Source: Octopus vulgaris (Eukaryota). Taken from it: a DNA stretch of 64,000 nt. Positions 38,941 through 51,204 of this stretch are shown piece by piece. Location: the NCBI GenBank assembly GCA_951406725.2, contig OX597824.1:75888001-75952000 (forward strand). The letters are read 5' to 3'. The position numbers and the translations under genes were made by a program. The notes beneath the pieces are model-generated. The model had not been told where the DNA came from and did no database searches. It saw only the letters and a program-made list of their open reading frames with translations. The number at the start of each line of letters is the position of its first letter. The stretch's first letter is position 1.

Positions 38941-39504
38941 ATTAACTGTCTTACTATAGAATCTAGGATGCCGTTTTTCACAGCTGCTAATCTCAGTGAA
39001 AAGAATTGTATTTTACTATTCCTTCCTTGATGTTATTGTAGTTTAAAAGTGATTAAGTAGATCATTGATCAAATGCATTCTAATCATGACTTCACAGTGC
39101 TTTTTTTCCTGAAATTTACTGTATCCCAGAACCATATTATTCAATGTGGCTTTATTTTTTTCTGACATAGTTAACTGTGATTTTAGGGAGATTTGGTTAC
39201 AGCAGGTGAAAGAACCATGCAGCGCACAATCAATTAATTTTTTCATCAGAATCCTGTTGATCTTATTAGGATTTGAATGCAGAAGAGCTCAAATCTCACT
39301 GAAATCAACATTATCTTTCACCTTTCAAGGGTTGATGAATAAAACAATAGTTGGAGAACAGAAGTTGTTTTAAAATCAATTCCATCTGAAATGTGTGGCC
39401 ACGCATCTGATACAAATTATTATAATCCATTCATAACAACAAAAAGACAAAAAAAAAAAAAAAAGGAATGCATATGAATTTTGTTAATCAGTATTGGGCT
39501 TTGA

Positions 39505-39925
39505 TGAATAAGGAAATCTTCTACAATTGTGGCTTTTTCCCTCAAACTGCCAGTCTTTGGAACTCTCTTCCATCTCATTGTTTTTCTCGTTCTTATGACC
39601 TATTTCTTTACTGCCCACAAGGGGCTACACACAGAGAGGACAAACAAGGACAGACAAATGGATTAAGTCGATTATATTGACCCCATGAAAGGCAAAGTTG
39701 ACCTCGGCGGAATTTGAACTCGGAACATAGCGGCAGACGAAATACTGCTAAGCATTTCGCCCAGTGTGCTAACGATTCTGCTAGCTCGCTGCCTTCTGAT
39801 GACCTGAACTCTTTCAAATCTAAAGTAAATTCATTCCTTTTGTCTTAATTTCTCCTTTCCAATAATCCCTTACACTAAATGACTTCTTGCCTTGTTTGGG
39901 ACTTTCTTACATAAAAAAAAAAAAT
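39505..39925 (+). mobile_element. CR1/L2-group LINE 3' end interrupted by a family B SINE (39602-39798, minus)
   Basis: FFPQTASLWNSLPSHCFSRSYDL|NSFKSKVN; the SINE is flanked by TSD atgacct. Confidence 0.75.
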
Positions 39926-39942
39926 CTATACCATAAAATACT

Positions 39943-40174
39943 TATTTCTTTATTACCCACAAGGGGCTAAACACAGAGGGGACAAACAAGGACAGACATA
40001 GGTATTAAGTCAATTACATTGACCCCAGTGCGTAACTGGTACTTAATTTATCGACCCCGAAAGGATGAAAGGCAAAGTTGACTTCGTTGGAATTTGAACT
40101 CACAACGTAACACAGGCGAAATACCGCTAAGCATTTCGCCCGGCGTGCTAACGTTTCTGCCAGCTCGCCGCCTT
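39943..40174 (-). mobile_element. Young full-length SINE family B
   Basis: CpG-intact head aaggcggcgagctggcagaaacgttagcacgccgggcg; tail gtgggtaataaagaaata. Confidence 0.85.
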
Positions 40175-40817
40175 AAAGTACTATTTTACATGCCATAAAA
40201 TACTATTGATTTTGTATTTGACAGTGCAGTAGTATTTCTTTGTTATTTTTTTTTACAAGCTATTTGTATAAACTATGTTGGGGATACTTTATTGATAATG
40301 TGTGTGTGGGTGTATCTATGTGTTTGTGTGTGTCTGTGTGCACATGTTGTGGCTGTGTAGTTAAGATGGTGATAATATAATGTCACAAAACACAATAAAC
40401 ACCGATGATCATGATTATGTCGAGATATTGTGTGTTGGTAAATATTGACATGCATTGGCAATCAGTTTTATTTGCTGAAGTTATAAATGAGTTCATTAGA
40501 TCGGGGTGCTTGTGTCTGATGAGAAACAACCAGGTTGAAACACTGGCTGTTCCTGAGTCTCTTGAGCTAATGAATCAAATGTTTTGAACATGCGTTTGTC
40601 ATAAAAAGAGTTGTTCTGTGACAACAAATAGCATTATTCATGTTTGAATTTGCTAGATCATATTAAAAAATTAATATGCAAGTCATTGTGAGTGTGTATA
40701 TTTAAATGTATATATAAATGTATTTTTAGGTTCAGGTAATTTTCAAGAAGTTCTTTTCATTCTAGCTTTTATGGAAATAACAGCCCATAAAATAAAGTTG
40801 TGATGAAAGAGGAATCA

Positions 40818-41189
40818 GGGGAAGCTATTTGTCAAAAGCATGACCCAGCTTTTCGTCCAATGTCACTTAGTCCAAAGTCACTTTGTCCAATGTCACTTTG
40901 TTCCAAAGTCGCTTTGTCCAATGTCGCTTTGTCCAAAGCCACTTTGTCCAAAGTAACTTTGTCCAATGTCACTTTGTCCACGTCTTTTTGTCCGATGATT
41001 TTTTGTGTCAAGCCACTTTTTCTCCAATTTTAAATAAACTCTTTAGAAAACAAGGTGAGCATCAAAATCAAATAATCATTGAGAATTTTATTGATAGGGT
41101 TTGTCGTTGGACAAGAAAATCATTGCACTGAAAGATGTTGGATGAAAAGATGTTTGACAAAGTGACATCTGACGAAGAGACATAGCCCC
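40818..41189. mobile_element. Foldback-type element with 15-bp subterminal repeats
   Basis: About 9 copies of tgtcactttgtccaa at 40851-40995, inverted copies at 41138-41180, GGGG...CCCC ends. Confidence 0.65.
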
Positions 41190-42019
41190 TTGCAAAAGGA
41201 TTATATTGAAGAAATGCAGGTCCTATGTGTAGACAGACATTTCTAAGATGTTCACAACCACATGTTAAATGAATCATTTAGTTAAAAATGACACCTGACA
41301 CACCTTTGAACAAAGATGGAAGCATGTGAAAGTTTGTGTTGGTAACAATACGGGTACATGTGGAACAGTAAACATTTTTCAAAGATCTGATATTGATTTC
41401 TTGACAGTTCAGTGAAAGAACTGAAAGCTAAAGCAGTTTGTCTCATATTCTTTCAAGGCCACTGAACATGGATTATGTCAACATTGTGGTACACTTAACT
41501 AATCCAACAGCTATATGCCAGTGATTGTCTTTTTTTCCTGCCCTCATTTTGGAAAACAAAAATATTCTTTTTTACATTTGTTGCTCATCATGATGATAAT
41601 TCTAAAGAACTTTTCCCCGTTAAGCTAGTCATTAAAGGCATACTTTAATAAAAGCTTCGTAAATACAAGCACAAGAGGAAGCCTTTACTTTAACCCCTTT
41701 CTTTGTCACTATATTTCTAACCAAAATATACACCTTAAGCATTTCAATTAAATTCTTAAAAAATTGTGAATTTAGACTACTTTCATAAAACAATCTCTTT
41801 TTTTTATTTATTAAAATATTAATGCAATTTTTGGAACATGGATTTAGCAAAAGGTTCTTGCCCAAATCTGTGGCATAATTTTAGTGTTAAAGTGAATCTA
41901 ATTACAGGTAAATGCTGATAAATTCAACAAAATATAAAAATTATTAAAATTTGTTTAAGTGTCACCATAGAAAATTAGTTATTAGCTAATATTCAATTGA
42001 ATATAAAACAAAAATTTTT

Positions 42020-42170
42020 GGCTGTGTAGTAAGTAACTTGCTTACCAACCACATGGTTCCGGGTTCAGCCCCACTGCGTGGCACCTTGGGCAAGTGTCTT
42101 CTACTATAGCCTCGGGCCGACCAAAGCCTTGTGAGTGGATTTGGTAGACAGAAACTGAAAGAAGTCTGTC

Positions 42171-42207
<37 letters not shown>

Positions 42208-43071
42208 TGTATGTTTGTGTATCCGTGTTTGTCCCCTTAGCATTGCTTGACAACCGATGCTGGTGTGTTTATGTCCCCGTCACTTAGCGGTTCGGCAAAA
42301 GAGACCGATAGAATAAGTACTGGGCTTACAAAGAATAAGTCCCGGGGTTAAGTTGCTCGATTAAAGGCGGTGCTCCAGCATGGCCGCAGTCAAATGACTG
42401 AAACAAGTAAAAGAGAGTAAATGAGAATATATATATATATGTATGTGTATATGTTTGTGTGTCTGTGTTTGTCCCCCCAACATCGCTTGACAACCGATGC
42501 TGGTGTATTTACGTCCCCGTAACTTAGTGGTACGGCAAAAGAAACCGATAAAATAAGTACTAGGCATACAAAGAATAAGTCCTGGGGTCAATTTGCTCGA
42601 CTAAAAGGTGGTGCCCCAGCATGGCCACAGTCAAATGACTGAAACAAGTAAAAGAATATGGACGAATTATGTAAATTACCAGATTATTTATCAGTTGAAT
42701 TTAACCTATTAGCATTTAAATGTGCCATATCTGGCCCAAATGTTCTATTTTATGTCCAAACTATCAAGATTTGATCTCTTACACCTATGCTACAATATCG
42801 TATATAAAAATGATATAAACACATCAAAATCTCAAAGCTATAAGATATTCTTTTTTCTTTATTCTTTTTTCTTTAACTTGTTTCAGTCATTTGACTGCGG
42901 CCATGCTAGAGCATCGCCTTTAGTCGAGCAAATCGACCCCGGGACTTATTCTTTGTAAGCCCAGTACTTATTCTATCGGGCTCTTTTGCCGAACCACTAA
43001 GTGACGGGGATGTAAACACACCAGCATCGGTTGTCAAGTAATGCTAGGGGGGACAAACACAGACATACACA

Positions 43072-43075
<4 letters not shown>
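42020..43075. mobile_element. Cluster of young family A SINEs: 42020-42420 (+), 42440-42656 (+), 42860-43075 (-)
   Basis: Near-identical bodies with CpGs retained; other copies near 25740, 26735, 27705, 45980, 53288, 56950. Confidence 0.9.
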
Positions 43076-43119
<44 letters not shown>

Positions 43120-43124
<5 letters not shown>

Positions 43125-43725
43125 TAATAAATAAAATAAAACATATGCATATATATAAACATATATGTACGTACCTACCTCTACATCTACATATACACGC
43201 ATATATGAGTACAGGACACCGAAAGGACGTCGAACACAATGAGAAACAAAAACATAGACACAAACCAAAGGAACTGGACATATATTTAAAAACAACAAAA
43301 AAGTAGAATGCAGGACAATTAACACAGAGAAAAAAACCCCTTCTTCAGTCGCTAAAGCTTTCATCTACTCTACGTTTCGAAGGATAAAAGCGAGATGTAT
43401 CTTCGACAAGAAAGCTTTCCTTCCTGCGAAAAGCAAATCAATTAAAATTCTGAGATCTTTTTGCAGAGGGGTAAAAAATAGTAACAACAGAACAGTAACG
43501 ACAGTGCAAATTGTAAACAGTAGAAGACAGGACAAGGAAAAACAAGATAAGAAGGGCTGTTGACGCCGAACGAAGAAAAGTATTACAAATGCAGAATTTT
43601 TTATGGACGACGAGCGGTGGAAAAAGAGTGACGTCCATTACTTTGAAAGAGCCAGGCGAGAGAGACAGCAGCGGAAGTGACGTCGCGGGTGAACGACGGG
43701 AAGGGGGGAGGAGGAGCAAGAGAAA
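43120..43725. mobile_element. CpG-rich unclassified repeat beside the (TA)n of a SINE
   Basis: Abrupt compositional change; replaces the head of the minus-strand SINE; contains GCGGAAGTGACGTC. Confidence 0.5.
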
Positions 43726-44101
43726 TTTAGTCTCATTTCATAAAAGAACTTCTAGTAATCAACTTATTTAACCTATTTGCACAGACCATTCAAGGCAAGT
43801 GCCCATGCATGACCAAAGCCCAACAACTGAGTCAAGTAAAAGGTTAAGACAAGCTTTGAGTAAAGGAGTTCCAGGATCAAGCATGTAACTATACACCACC
43901 TTGTGAGTGTAACGCTCTATGCACATAAAATTTGGTACTCTAAAGACCACATTCCTGATTGCATACCATGCATTACACTTTATCACCAAGTGTCATCTAA
44001 ACTTGTGCAATTCTTGTGTTTTCCTTAAAAATCTCTAATTTCTAAGAAGATTCAAAATTTTACATCAAGAAAGTGCTACAATAATTTGAGTTAAAATATT
44101 G

Positions 44102-44322
44102 TGTTAGAATATTTTCCTCTATGTCTCTATGATATGATGGCCTAGAAACAGTGCGAGTGAATGTCTGTGTATGGTGTAATGGTCTACCCGTCTGTTGTGG
44201 TGTTTTGAAGATGTTAGAATATTTTCTTCTATGTCTATGATATTGATAGCCTAGAAACAGTGCGAGTGAATGTCTGTGTATGGTGTAATGGTCTACCCGT
44301 CTGTTGTGGTGTTTTGTAGATG
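44102..44322. repeat. Tandem duplication of about 110 bp
   Basis: tgttagaatatttt..cctagaaacagtgcgagtgaatgtctgtgtatggtgtaatggtctacccgtctgttgtggtgttttg twice. Confidence 0.9.
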
Positions 44323-44490
44323 TATCTATTATTGGGACTGAGGGCATCTGTCGGTGAAAACGTTTCTTTATCTGTTAGTGTGTGTTTAAGAGCCACATCC
44401 ATTGAATCTTGTACATATATCTATAAACATGATTTAGATAAATAAAATTTATTTGTTTGTTAATTGAAGTTTTTCTTTTTGTCTTTTCAG

Positions 44491-45626
44491 ACTGTTTGAA
44501 ATGTCCAACATGTTCCATGGAATTCCCAGGAGCAGCTATCATAAACAACGAATTCTACCTGGAGAGTAAAATCAATTCTAATGAAGAGACTGAAGATGTC
44601 AGTTTTTTGTGTACCGCATGTGAGGAGGGTGACTCAGCTACATCCTTCTGTGGAGACTGTGGAGAATGGCTGTGTAAGCAATGTGTGCAAGCGCACAAAA
44701 GAGTCCGAGTTACTAAGGACCACACGGTGGTCACAAAGGAAGAGGCAATCCGTAATCAGAACATCAGCAGTGAAAAGACTGTCTATTGTAAACTGCACAA
44801 GCAGGAACCCCTTAAGTTATTCTGTGAAACCTGTGACAAGGTAACCTGCCGAGACTGCCAGCTTCTTGAACACAAAGAACACAAGTACTTATTTGTGCAT
44901 GAGGCATCAAACAAGGAGAAGCAGATTCTTAACCAGCTGTTGATGAAAGCGAAAGAAAAGCAGGGGCAGATAAAGCAAGCTAGGCAACTTCTCAAACAGA
45001 GACACACAGACATCCGGGATCGCGAGCAGATCGTCGTCTACGAAATCAAGAGCCTCGGGGAGAAGATAACCCAAGAGGTGATGAGGCGGCTGAAGAACGT
45101 CATGTCTGAATTAGATTTTGCCTGTCGGCAAAAGAAGGACCACTTGGTAAAGCTGACCAACGAAGTGAACTACTTGGATGACAGGACAACACACTGTGTC
45201 GCTTTTGTGGAAGATGCCATTAAGACTGGCAGCAGCCTGTCGCTGTTGTATACCAAGAATTACATGAAGAAGAATCTGAAGAAATTAATTGACTCGCCCT
45301 TGCGTGTCCCTCACCCAAATCATAAAGTCGACATCCAGTTTACATATAATATTGATGACCTTGTAGTTGCCATCAAATCTCTGGGCTCGCTACAAATCGA
45401 CGGCCGGCATTACGGTAAGCTCCCAATGATGGTTGCTGCTGCTGCCGCCGCGGCCTCCGCCTCTTCTAATCAGAGCCAGGAGCCCAGCAGTCCCGTTATC
45501 ACTAAGGCCACTAGCGGACAGCCACTGGACAATCGCTACTATGTTGGTCCCATATCGACAGACCACCAGCGAATACTCATGCAAAAGCTGCATGAAATGC
45601 AGAGGAAAACTCAACAGCAGCAGCAA

Positions 45627-45664
<38 letters not shown>

Positions 45665-45680
45665 GCAACAACAGCAACAA

Positions 45681-45715
<35 letters not shown>

Positions 45716-45904
45716 GCAACAGCAAATTTCTTCTTTAAATAATCTTCAATCAAGTAGTGGATCTAGTAGTAATGGTCCCCAAGTGTCTAAGACCTTGTCA
45801 AATGGACCTAGTAGCAGTCTTAATGCTAATGCCCTTGTCAAGACTAACTCTGTTTATTACCCACCATCTGGTGTTCCTGCTGGACAATTTTCCACACACC
45901 CAAG
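44491..45904 (+). CDS. TRIM33: TIF1-family (TRIM24/28/33, bonus-like) internal exon: RING C-terminal CxxC, B-box1, B-box2, coiled coil, polyA, Q38
   Basis: Acceptor ttttgtcttttcag and donor AG|gtaagt; CPTC, CTACEEGDSATSFCGDCGEWLCKQCVQAHKRVRVTKDH and CKLHKQEPLKLFCETCDKVTCRDCQLLEHKEHKY are characteristic TIF1 B-boxes; phase 1 to phase 2. Confidence 0.93.
45612..45725 (+). repeat. Coding CAA/CAG repeat, 38 Gln
   Basis: 114 nt made only of CAA/CAG codons. Confidence 0.95.
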
Positions 45905-46199
45905 GTAAGTGCATTTGTCTTATCATTAACAGACCCCCACCTACCCACCCCCAAAAATCTGCATTATATCTTATCTTTGTGCTTGTTCCAGCCATGCTGG
46001 GATCCAACTTTGAGGGGGGTTTAACTGAATAAATTGAGCCCAGTACTTCTTTTTTTTTTTTTTTAAAGTCTGGTTCTTATTGTATTGGTCACTTTTGTTG
46101 AAGTTACTCAACTTTTGTTGAAGAAACTGACACTGGTGGTCAGGTTGGTGGCAGTGGAGCAAACACTCGGACACACACATCATATACATACATACATAT

Positions 46200-46790
46200 G
46201 TTGTTGCTAAAACAATTTACAATGACATCCGCAACATCCGCAAAAAAGACTATCTAAAATATCCCTCTGTTATGGAATACATTCATAAACACCAACTCGA
46301 GGAATACCGGGGGAATATATTCCCATCAAAACTTCTGTCAGATGTAAACATAACAGGCAGGATATTGTTGTTTGGGACAGAGAGGCAAAAGTATGTACCA
46401 TCATAGAGGTCAGCTGCCCTGCAGATATAAATATCTCTTTGAAAATCAAAGGAAAAAAGGATATCTATGGACAACTGCTTTGAAAGCTCCAGCTTCTGTA
46501 TCCAAACTATGAATACATACTCATATCAATAATAATTGGAGTGCTAGGTTTTGTTAGTAAATGCTTAAAGGAGAATCTGGATAAACTGGGGTTTTCAGAA
46601 AGAGAAATTGACACGCTGATTTGTACATTACCAGTACAATCTGTGAGTGGAACAGTAAAAATATGCAAGTCTTTTCTCAAGTTCCAAATGTGAATTTGTT
46701 TGTGTTAACTACATCCCAAAAATGGAGCCTTGTATCTTTGTTGGAAACTGGCTCTCTCCTCGGTGGAAGATTTATAATTAAAAAATAGAA
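46200..46790 (+). mobile_element. R4/Dong-clade LINE 3' end (restriction-like endonuclease)
   Basis: HNRQDIVVWDREAKVCTIIEVSCPADINISLKIKGKKDIYGQL..IIIGVLG..KICKSFLKFQM* fits the RLE PD-(D/E) signature; sits in the microsatellite of a minus-strand SINE. Confidence 0.85.
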
Positions 46791-47802
46791 CACACACATA
46801 TACATTAGGCTTTCCACACAGTTTCTGTCTACCAGACTCACATGGCATTGGTCGACCTGGAGCTATTGTAGAAAACATTTAACTGCCTTTGTTAGCATAT
46901 TTCTGTTGGAAAACACCGTGTTTCAGTTAATTTTGAAAATTACGAAGAATTTAGTAAAATAATATTGCCATTATAAGTTGGTGTTTGGAGCATAAATTAA
47001 CATGAAATTCAGATGAGAAGTTTTTAACCGAGATCACTTTTAAGCATGAAGTTTATATCATAAAACCAACCAAGGGCGGTCTCAGGTGGATTGGCATCAA
47101 AAGGTTTAAAGTGCTGTGCAGTACAGTTGAAACTGAAACCAAGTTGTTGCAAAGTATACTTAGCCACACAACAATGCTTGTGGAAAAAACCCCAAAAAAA
47201 ACAAAACAAAGAACAACAAAAAAACAAAGAAGTCAACCGACCAACTAAACCAAGAGTAAAACCAAATTACTAGCATAGTCAAGTAAACATACTAATAAAG
47301 TCAACCATTCACAGGGCCTGAAAAAGAGTCACAAATGGAAATATATTAGAACTGTATCTTTTTAATGATAATTAAAATTCTAATATTTGTTCATTTGTTA
47401 TTGGCTTTAATCTCTCTCCTTTATGATAGGTCCTCTATGTGGTAGTTCTGACTATTAAAAATAGCAGCTCAGTGTACCTCAAATCATATCATGTATCTTC
47501 AGAAGTTGGATGCAGTGCTGAGAGAAAAATATGAGATGGTCATGGCACGATAAGTCTTCAATCATAAGTCTGAGGATGCTTGATTGGAGCTAACTTGCCC
47601 CCACCCCTTCCCCCAAAAATGTATGAAAATAACAAGATTTGAAAATTGATTTTATTTAATTATGTAGTTTTATTTTATCCAACAAAAATAATTTTGTATT
47701 TATTAGATATTTTAATTTTTGTAAAAAAAAAATTCCCAGAAATTATTTGGATAACTGATGTTTTTCAGCAACTTCCTAGTGCTGCTGAGAAAGCAAATCA
47801 TT

Positions 47803-47848
<46 letters not shown>

Positions 47849-48084
47849 TACATATGTGTTTATGTGTTTTGTTTTGTGTTGAATGAATGAGAAGGGAGTG
47901 CTTGATATGTTGTAGAGGATATGGTTTTGCCTGAAAATTGTAGCAACATGAAACTTGAGTTGCGAGACAAACTCAGCTTCAGTTTCAGTTTCAGTACAAA
48001 AATAACTATAATATAATATAATATATTATAATATTAGTATATTATATTTATATGACCTTATTGGGTTATTTCCCCATCATAGTT

Positions 48085-48312
48085 AAGCTCTGTATAGGGA
48101 TGACACTTTGGCAGTTTCAAGTCATATGAATGGCTTTGCCACAGACTGGTGTAAGAAGGTCTGACATAGATCTTCAAAGAATTCAGCTTAACCATAACAG
48201 TTACCACCCGTTTTGACAAAGGTTGACATCCTGGACATAATCCTAGACCTGAGGATAGGCAAGTACCACCCTTACTGAAAGCCCAGTGAGAAAACTGTTT
48301 ATATTCATAGAC
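48085..48312 (+). mobile_element. Penelope-like reverse transcriptase fossil
   Basis: LYRDDTLAV..IFKEFSLTITVTT..KVDILDIILDLRIGKYHPY*KPSEKTVYIHR resembles PLE RT (GLYRDDGL..NFLDVTLDL..Y.PY.KP...Y.H). Confidence 0.75.
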
Positions 48313-49043
48313 AATTCTTTGAAAGTGATCTATGGTTGGGTGCCCTTCCTGTGGCTACCATTCACCTGTTTTCAAGCAGGGCAATATTCTCCTCAAGGCG
48401 AGACAAATTTTCTTATATTTGTTTAATGTCCTTTTTTGACCATCTCGCTATTTGAGGCAGGATTTTACGTCCAGTTGCTGTGTCCCTAATTCTTTACCTG
48501 TGGGGTATTTTTTCTTTTCATTCCAAAGGTCTTTGAAAGACCACAATGGCTGGTCATAATGTCAACAAGGAATCTTGATAGTGCCACTGCTTCACTCACC
48601 TAGTGACAAGTGTGGGAATTTCAAGATTTTAATCACATTTACAAGTTCACACACAGAAACACACACATTCATACATGTATGACAGGTTTCTTGCAGTTTC
48701 CATTAACTGGGGCTATATTTGAAGACACCCAAGGTGCTGTACCATGGGACTGAACTCGAAACCATGTGGTTAAGAAGCGAGTGTGCATGCTTGTGTATTA
48801 TATATAATATCCAGACAGAAATACTTCTTCATTGAAGGAACAGAAAAATTTCATTAGAATTATGAAATACAGTTGAAGAATATTTAAATTTATAGTCACT
48901 TGTATATTTTTTTTTAATTATATAAATTAACATTTATAATTTATTACTATTATCATTATCATAATTTATTTATTTTCTTTTTGAAACTGAAATTTGTTTG
49001 GACCAATTCTAAAACTGAAATGTATCTGCTTGTATTGAAATAG

Positions 49044-49115
49044 TGGAGAAATAGGAGGCTCCCTGACTGGAAACGAGAACCCTGCTGAGTCCAGCAATCT
49101 GTGGGCTACTAAGAT
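49044..49115 (+). CDS. TRIM33: Candidate 72-nt symmetric cassette exon of the TIF1 gene
   Basis: tag|T GGA GAA...ACT AAG AT|gtatgt; open in phase 2-2, GEIGGSLTGNENPAESSNLWATK; GC-richer than its flanks; weak pyrimidine tract. Confidence 0.55.
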
Positions 49116-49355
49116 GTATGTATGCGTGTGTGTACATCTTAGTATGTGTGTGTACGGTGTATAGTGCGTGGACTTCCAAAACCTAAATAATATAGATTTA
49201 TTGCAAGTTTTAGATATCTGACAATACTGTAGATACTGTTTGAAGGTTAAATAAAAAAAAAACATATAAAAAAATATTTAATTATCTGTTTGCTTGCTAT
49301 GTTATTTTTCTTTTCTAATCCATGAATTTATACATACAAATTTTATTACATATTC

Positions 49356-49399
<44 letters not shown>

Positions 49400-50199
49400 T
49401 ATAAACCTTAATTTTTAAAATTTACTTAAGAATTTTTATTATCTTCTTGATTATATATTTGTGTTTTAATTTCATTATCTGGTAATTTTGAAAATTCTGC
49501 ATGTATTTCTATGTATATGTCTCTCTCTTTCTCACTCTCCCTGTGTGTGTATATGTAATATGTGCGTGTGTGTATGTGTGTGTATGTAAAATAAAGAATA
49601 TTTCTGTTGTAACAATTTCGAAGTAGGTTTGTAAAACTGTGGCATGTTAATGGTGGAAAAAAATGTTATATAAGTATTGCTTGCTAATGGAAACACTCTT
49701 CATTTTTACATATGAGCATCTCTCTTTCTATGTCATTAATGATGTGGCTAGTCTCTTTGTTTAACTATAACACACTTATATATAATACATACATACATGC
49801 ATACATACATTATGTTGTCCATTTAAATTGGCTCAAGATACTAGAAATTTGCAGTAATAGTGATAATAATGCTTTCTACCATAGGCAAAAAGGTCTGCAA
49901 TTTTGTGGGAGGGAGCTTCTTGATTACATTGGTCCCAGTTCTCATATTTCATTGATCCCAAAAGGATGAAAGGAAAAGTTGACCTCAGTGAAACTTGAAC
50001 TTGCAGTACTTGAAATACTGCCAAACATTTTGTCCAGTGTGCTAACAATTCTGCCAGCTTGCCATTTTGATAATAATAATAATAATCCTTTCTACTAGAC
50101 GTAGGAGTGGCTGTGTGGTAATTAGCTTGCTTACGAACCACATGGTTCCAGGTTCAGTCCCTACCAAATGCAAGACAGAATTTGAAATTGCAGATGGAT

Positions 50200-50560
50200 T
50201 TGAAGGATAAGGAGAAACTATAATTGAAATTGTGAATAGACTGAAAATCTAAGCAAAAAATAGGGTTACTGACTGCTGTGATAAAACAATAATAGGTGTA
50301 TGTGTGTGTTTGGTGGGACCTGACGTAGTCAATACCTGAAGAAGCTGAACAGACTGAAGTGGGAAAGTCGTAATATTGGCTAAGGAGCTCAGAACTCAAA
50401 GCTGAGGTTTAAGGATTTCTTTGCTACACAAATTCAAAACCTTATTACAAGAAACCATTAAAAGCATGTAAAGAAGCTGGATTCAGTAACTTGAAAATAT
50501 GAGATGAGGAATGAACACAGCATATGATGGTTGTCACCAAATTTTAAGCAGGGGTATAAT
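50200..50560 (+). mobile_element. Old R4/Dong-like LINE fragment
   Basis: YWLRSSELKAEV*G...QNLITRNH*KHV resembles WL....LKAETEG...AAQDQ.L.TRNY. Confidence 0.55.
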
Positions 50561-51043
50561 AAAAGTTTTCCATTAAGATTTGTTATTAAATTAATGAATA
50601 TTTGCCGTTTTCAATGGCTGTACTGTGCACACCTAGCACACCTGGAACACATACCCTTGGAAAGAACCATCATCATCATTATTTAGCATCTACTTTCCCA
50701 TGCTTCCATAGGTCAGATGAAGTTTGTTTAGGTAGATTTTCTATGACTGGATACTTCCTTATTCATCTGTCACCCCTTCCTTTCTCATTCATAAAGGCAA
50801 GAGTCACTATTTCCTTGTTCATCGATCACCCCTTCTTTTCTCATTCATAAACACAAAAGTATTTTTATAATAGATTATCTTGGTAACCATGGGAGCTATG
50901 AAAAAAAAAAAACCCAAAAAAAACTCAGCAACACCACCAGATCATTCTACACAACTGTGTAATTTTTTGCGCAATCCCATCCAGCCGTTTGACTGTGAAT
51001 CCTAAGACAAGAAAGAATTGCCCATGTCAAATTTATATGTGTG

Positions 51044-51085
<42 letters not shown>

Positions 51086-51119
51086 GTGTGTGTATGTATA
51101 TATATATATATGTATATAC

Positions 51120-51165
<46 letters not shown>

Positions 51166-51204
51166 GTGTGTATGTGTGTGTGTGTGTATATGTGTATATA
51201 CATA

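Noticed and set aside
40517-40552. CTGATGA...GAAAC...GTT hammerhead-like string on the + strand
   Set aside because: Helices I and II do not pair convincingly
43335-43385. Minus-strand GAAACGTA ... CTGAAGAAGG motifs
   Set aside because: The order implies a permuted hammerhead, but helix I cannot be formed; left unresolved
45390-45725. Minus-strand poly-Leu ORF
   Set aside because: Antisense reading of the CAG/CAA polyQ tract
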